From NCBI GenBank assembly GCA_964016885.1, contig OZ024755.1:29636001-29700000 (forward strand): a stretch of DNA of 64,000 bases, given 5' to 3'. Shown one piece after another: positions 61,151 to 64,000 of this stretch. This stretch comes from Eledone cirrhosa (lineage: Eukaryota). The first letter of the stretch is position 1. The number at the start of each line of letters is the position of its first letter. The notes under the pieces are model-generated. The model made no database searches. It was not told the origin of the DNA and saw only the letters and a list, made by a program, of their open reading frames with translations. A program made the position numbers and the translations under genes.

Positions 61151-61265
61151 TGTGGCTGAGTTGTTAGAGAATTGGATTCGCAGTCGTGAGGTTGTGAGTT
61201 CGGTTCCTGGAACAGGCGATGCGTTATGTCCTTGATCAAGACACTTTATTTCACGTTGCTCCTTC
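61151..61265 (+). mobile_element. Second tRNA-derived SINE (CORE-like body), partial
   Basis: tggctgagttgtt A-box, gagttcggttcc B-box, then tgtccttgatcaagacactt. Confidence 0.6.
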
Positions 61266-62871
61266 TACCTGGAGTTGAGACCGGTAGATAGTATTAGCAA
61301 TTGGAAAAACCAATGGAAACATTGTTTCCTTGGTCCGATTTGACGAAAGTCGATCGACTATCGATGGGTAACTTAATATCAAACCATTTAAGCACATAAC
61401 GCAGGGAACTGATAAAGTAAACACATATATACCCTGCAATATTTACTTCTTTGGCGCTATTTATGCAATCTATCTTTATCTGCAGCATAGAGTTCGCTTT
61501 GCCCAGGATAGCTTTGCCTTTCATCCTTACGGGGTCGATAAAATAAAAGTGGCTGTAATACACTAGGATAATTGCTGACCTTGTGCCTAAAGAAGAAACG
61601 TTAACAAAAGTTATTTCTTGTTTGTGTTTAGGCAACACACCATATATCTATATATGACCTGAAAAGTGAAAACCACACATTTAATTTCAAATCATTAACC
61701 CTTTATCATTTAAACTGGCCATATCCGGCCAGAATTCTCTCACCTCTTTCTTTTCAAACCGGCTGTAACTTGCTACTCTTTGAATCTTAACATACTTCCC
61801 ATTTAATATCCCCAACGCGTTCTTCGAGTTTGTTTTGTACAGTTTATTACACCGTAACAAAAATTACTCATTTATTTAATTATCAATTTTAATAATGAAA
61901 GTAATTTTAATCCTGTATCTCAGAACTATCACCCCTCTAAGCCTTTTATCTGGAATTAACACCCATAATTTGTATTTTGTAAACCTATTATGATTACAAG
62001 CCTATTAATTATTTCATTAATTGCATTTTAAATATTATTCAGTTGCCTCGAGTGTTTTGTTATTTTTTGTTGATTCCATTCAATTTTATGGACAAACCGT
62101 TCCTGAATAATTTTCCTTGCTGAACTATGTTTAATTACGTTATAAATAACGTATGCGTTCGTACAAGAAATTACTTCATTATGTCCCTACATTACCAGGC
62201 CCCGGTAATTGTTGCCGTCTGAAGAAGTGTATACGCTTAGAAAGTCAGAATAATTATATAGGTGGTACAGAGGGAATGAATTCATTTTCCTCGAGAGATA
62301 TTATTGAGAAAAATATTTAGCCCGCATAAATACGTATACGTGTGTGTGTCTGCGTGTACCTGCGTAGGTATATGTGGTTGTGTGTGTCTTAACGACTTTG
62401 ATTAGAAATGTCTCCAAAATATATAAAGAAAAAATAAGAAAATCTGCTTTTCTTCGGGCACATCTGGGTTACCAATGTCACGAAATAGAACTTTCTTCTT
62501 CAATACTTAAGAATTAAGAGTACACACGACTGCGAACTCACAACAATTTAACACTCATATGGTTTCCATTAATGGTTTCTAAAAATAAGTAAATTTCGTA
62601 CAGGGATTATAATCAACACTCTAGAAGCAAATAACAAAATCACGTTGAACGTTATCATAGTTTTCTCTGCATATGTCCTTATATTTCAACGATTTATAAA
62701 AAAAAAAGCAAGGTCTTTTCGTAATAGGAAATCAATTAATCTGGCAATATACGGAAAATTAGTTTCATTCTGCTTGCAAAAATCCTCTCAAACCTATTCA
62801 TTTGTATCATTATGCAAACAAAAGATAGCATTCCCTGTGTGGTAATGTGTGTATAACCCATGTGTGTTATT

Positions 62872-62918
<47 letters not shown>

Positions 62919-62994
62919 TTGTTTTGGGGGAAGTCAGTGAAATGGATCTGGTGTACACTAATACATATACATATGTATATATATATATATATAT

Positions 62995-63170
62995 GAAAAT
63001 GTTTAACCCCGACGGCAGAGCTCAAGCCGTTTCGACGGCTTAGCCGTCGAAACGGCTTCAGCTCTGCCGTCGGGGTTAAACATTTTCCTATTACCCACTC
63101 GACTACCCTAAGTATTGAGTACTCTGGTGCGTTACAGTCCACCTGGTTCCTTACCACACATCCTTCGTTA
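62995..63170 (+). mobile_element. 'Family B' short element: palindrome 62995-63087 with a hammerhead 3' half
   Basis: gccgtc GAAA cggc ttcagctct gccg TC gggg; palindrome centre at 63041. Confidence 0.7.
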
Positions 63171-63178
63171 TCTATCTA

Positions 63179-63228
<50 letters not shown>

Positions 63229-63423
63229 ATGTATACTTCTACTTATTCCTCGGAGAATTAACTGTTGTGTAACTACTTCTAAATATGTGTGTGGGTGTGT
63301 GTGTGAGAGAGAGAGAACACACGCACACCATTATATATATATATATATATATATATATTATGTATACTTCTACTTATTCCTCAGAATTAACTGTTGTGTA
63401 ACTACTTCTAAATATGTGTGTGG

Positions 63424-63503
<80 letters not shown>

Positions 63504-63885
63504 ACACGCACACCATTATATATATAGAGAGAGAGTTAAAGAATAGAGGTGTAACACACAAGTTATTATATATTGGTGAACGGAATAGAAAATGCTGACA
63601 AATTGTTCACAGTTGAAAAATGGACCTGTGTCATTTGGAGACGAGGTCATATATTTTATCGTTCCTGAGGTTTTTAACCCTAGGAAAGGAAAATGCTTCT
63701 CTGATGATCTTTGTTTTTCCATTAATATCCAAGTGATATCTAATGTTTTGCAAAGTGAAACTGTACAGTAAGGGCCATTTGAATAGGTAAATATTTATAT
63801 TATATTTTTTAATTTTGAAAAATTGGTTGAATTTTACTTGTTCTGCTTATCTTGATATATATATATATGCATATATATATATATA

Positions 63886-63955
<70 letters not shown>

Positions 63956-64000
63956 TATATATATATATATATGTATAGATAAGAAATGTATAACCTGTAA

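Noticed and set aside
63226-63525. Tandem duplication around (GA)n (similar case at 30640-30880)
   Set aside because: An ordinary microsatellite-mediated local duplication.

Overview
AT-rich animal genomic DNA saturated with (AT)n/(ATAC)n/(AG)n/(GAA)n microsatellites. The repeat landscape (Nin-domain tRNA-SINEs, microsatellite density) suggests a cephalopod such as Octopus; this is inference. Most long ORFs in the track (IYIY..., RRRR..., FFFF...) are microsatellite artefacts. Real content: (1) A near-intact Penelope-like retroelement (PLE: RT plus C-terminal GIY-YIG, probably Hydra clade) at ~6903-12818. Its ORF is broken only by a 16-bp tandem duplication, it has a 1764-bp near-perfect inverted 3' copy, and it carries a hammerhead ribozyme (HHR) in its 3' end. 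(2) Three further PLE remnants with endonuclease sequence and many short PLE-type ends, mostly next to (AT)n tracts. Together they give about 12 well-formed type I HHRs plus several decayed or half copies, including recurrent non-canonical cores (CCGANGA, CAGAAGA) and fold-back palindromes centred on HHR helix II. (3) RTE, CRE-like and R4-like LINE fragments, tRNA-SINEs, an RTE-derived non-autonomous element and a hAT MITE. (4) Scattered stop-riddled minus-strand segments resembling PKD repeats followed by a REJ module, i.e. a probable decayed polycystin-1-like host gene. All alignments and folds were done by eye; no search was run.
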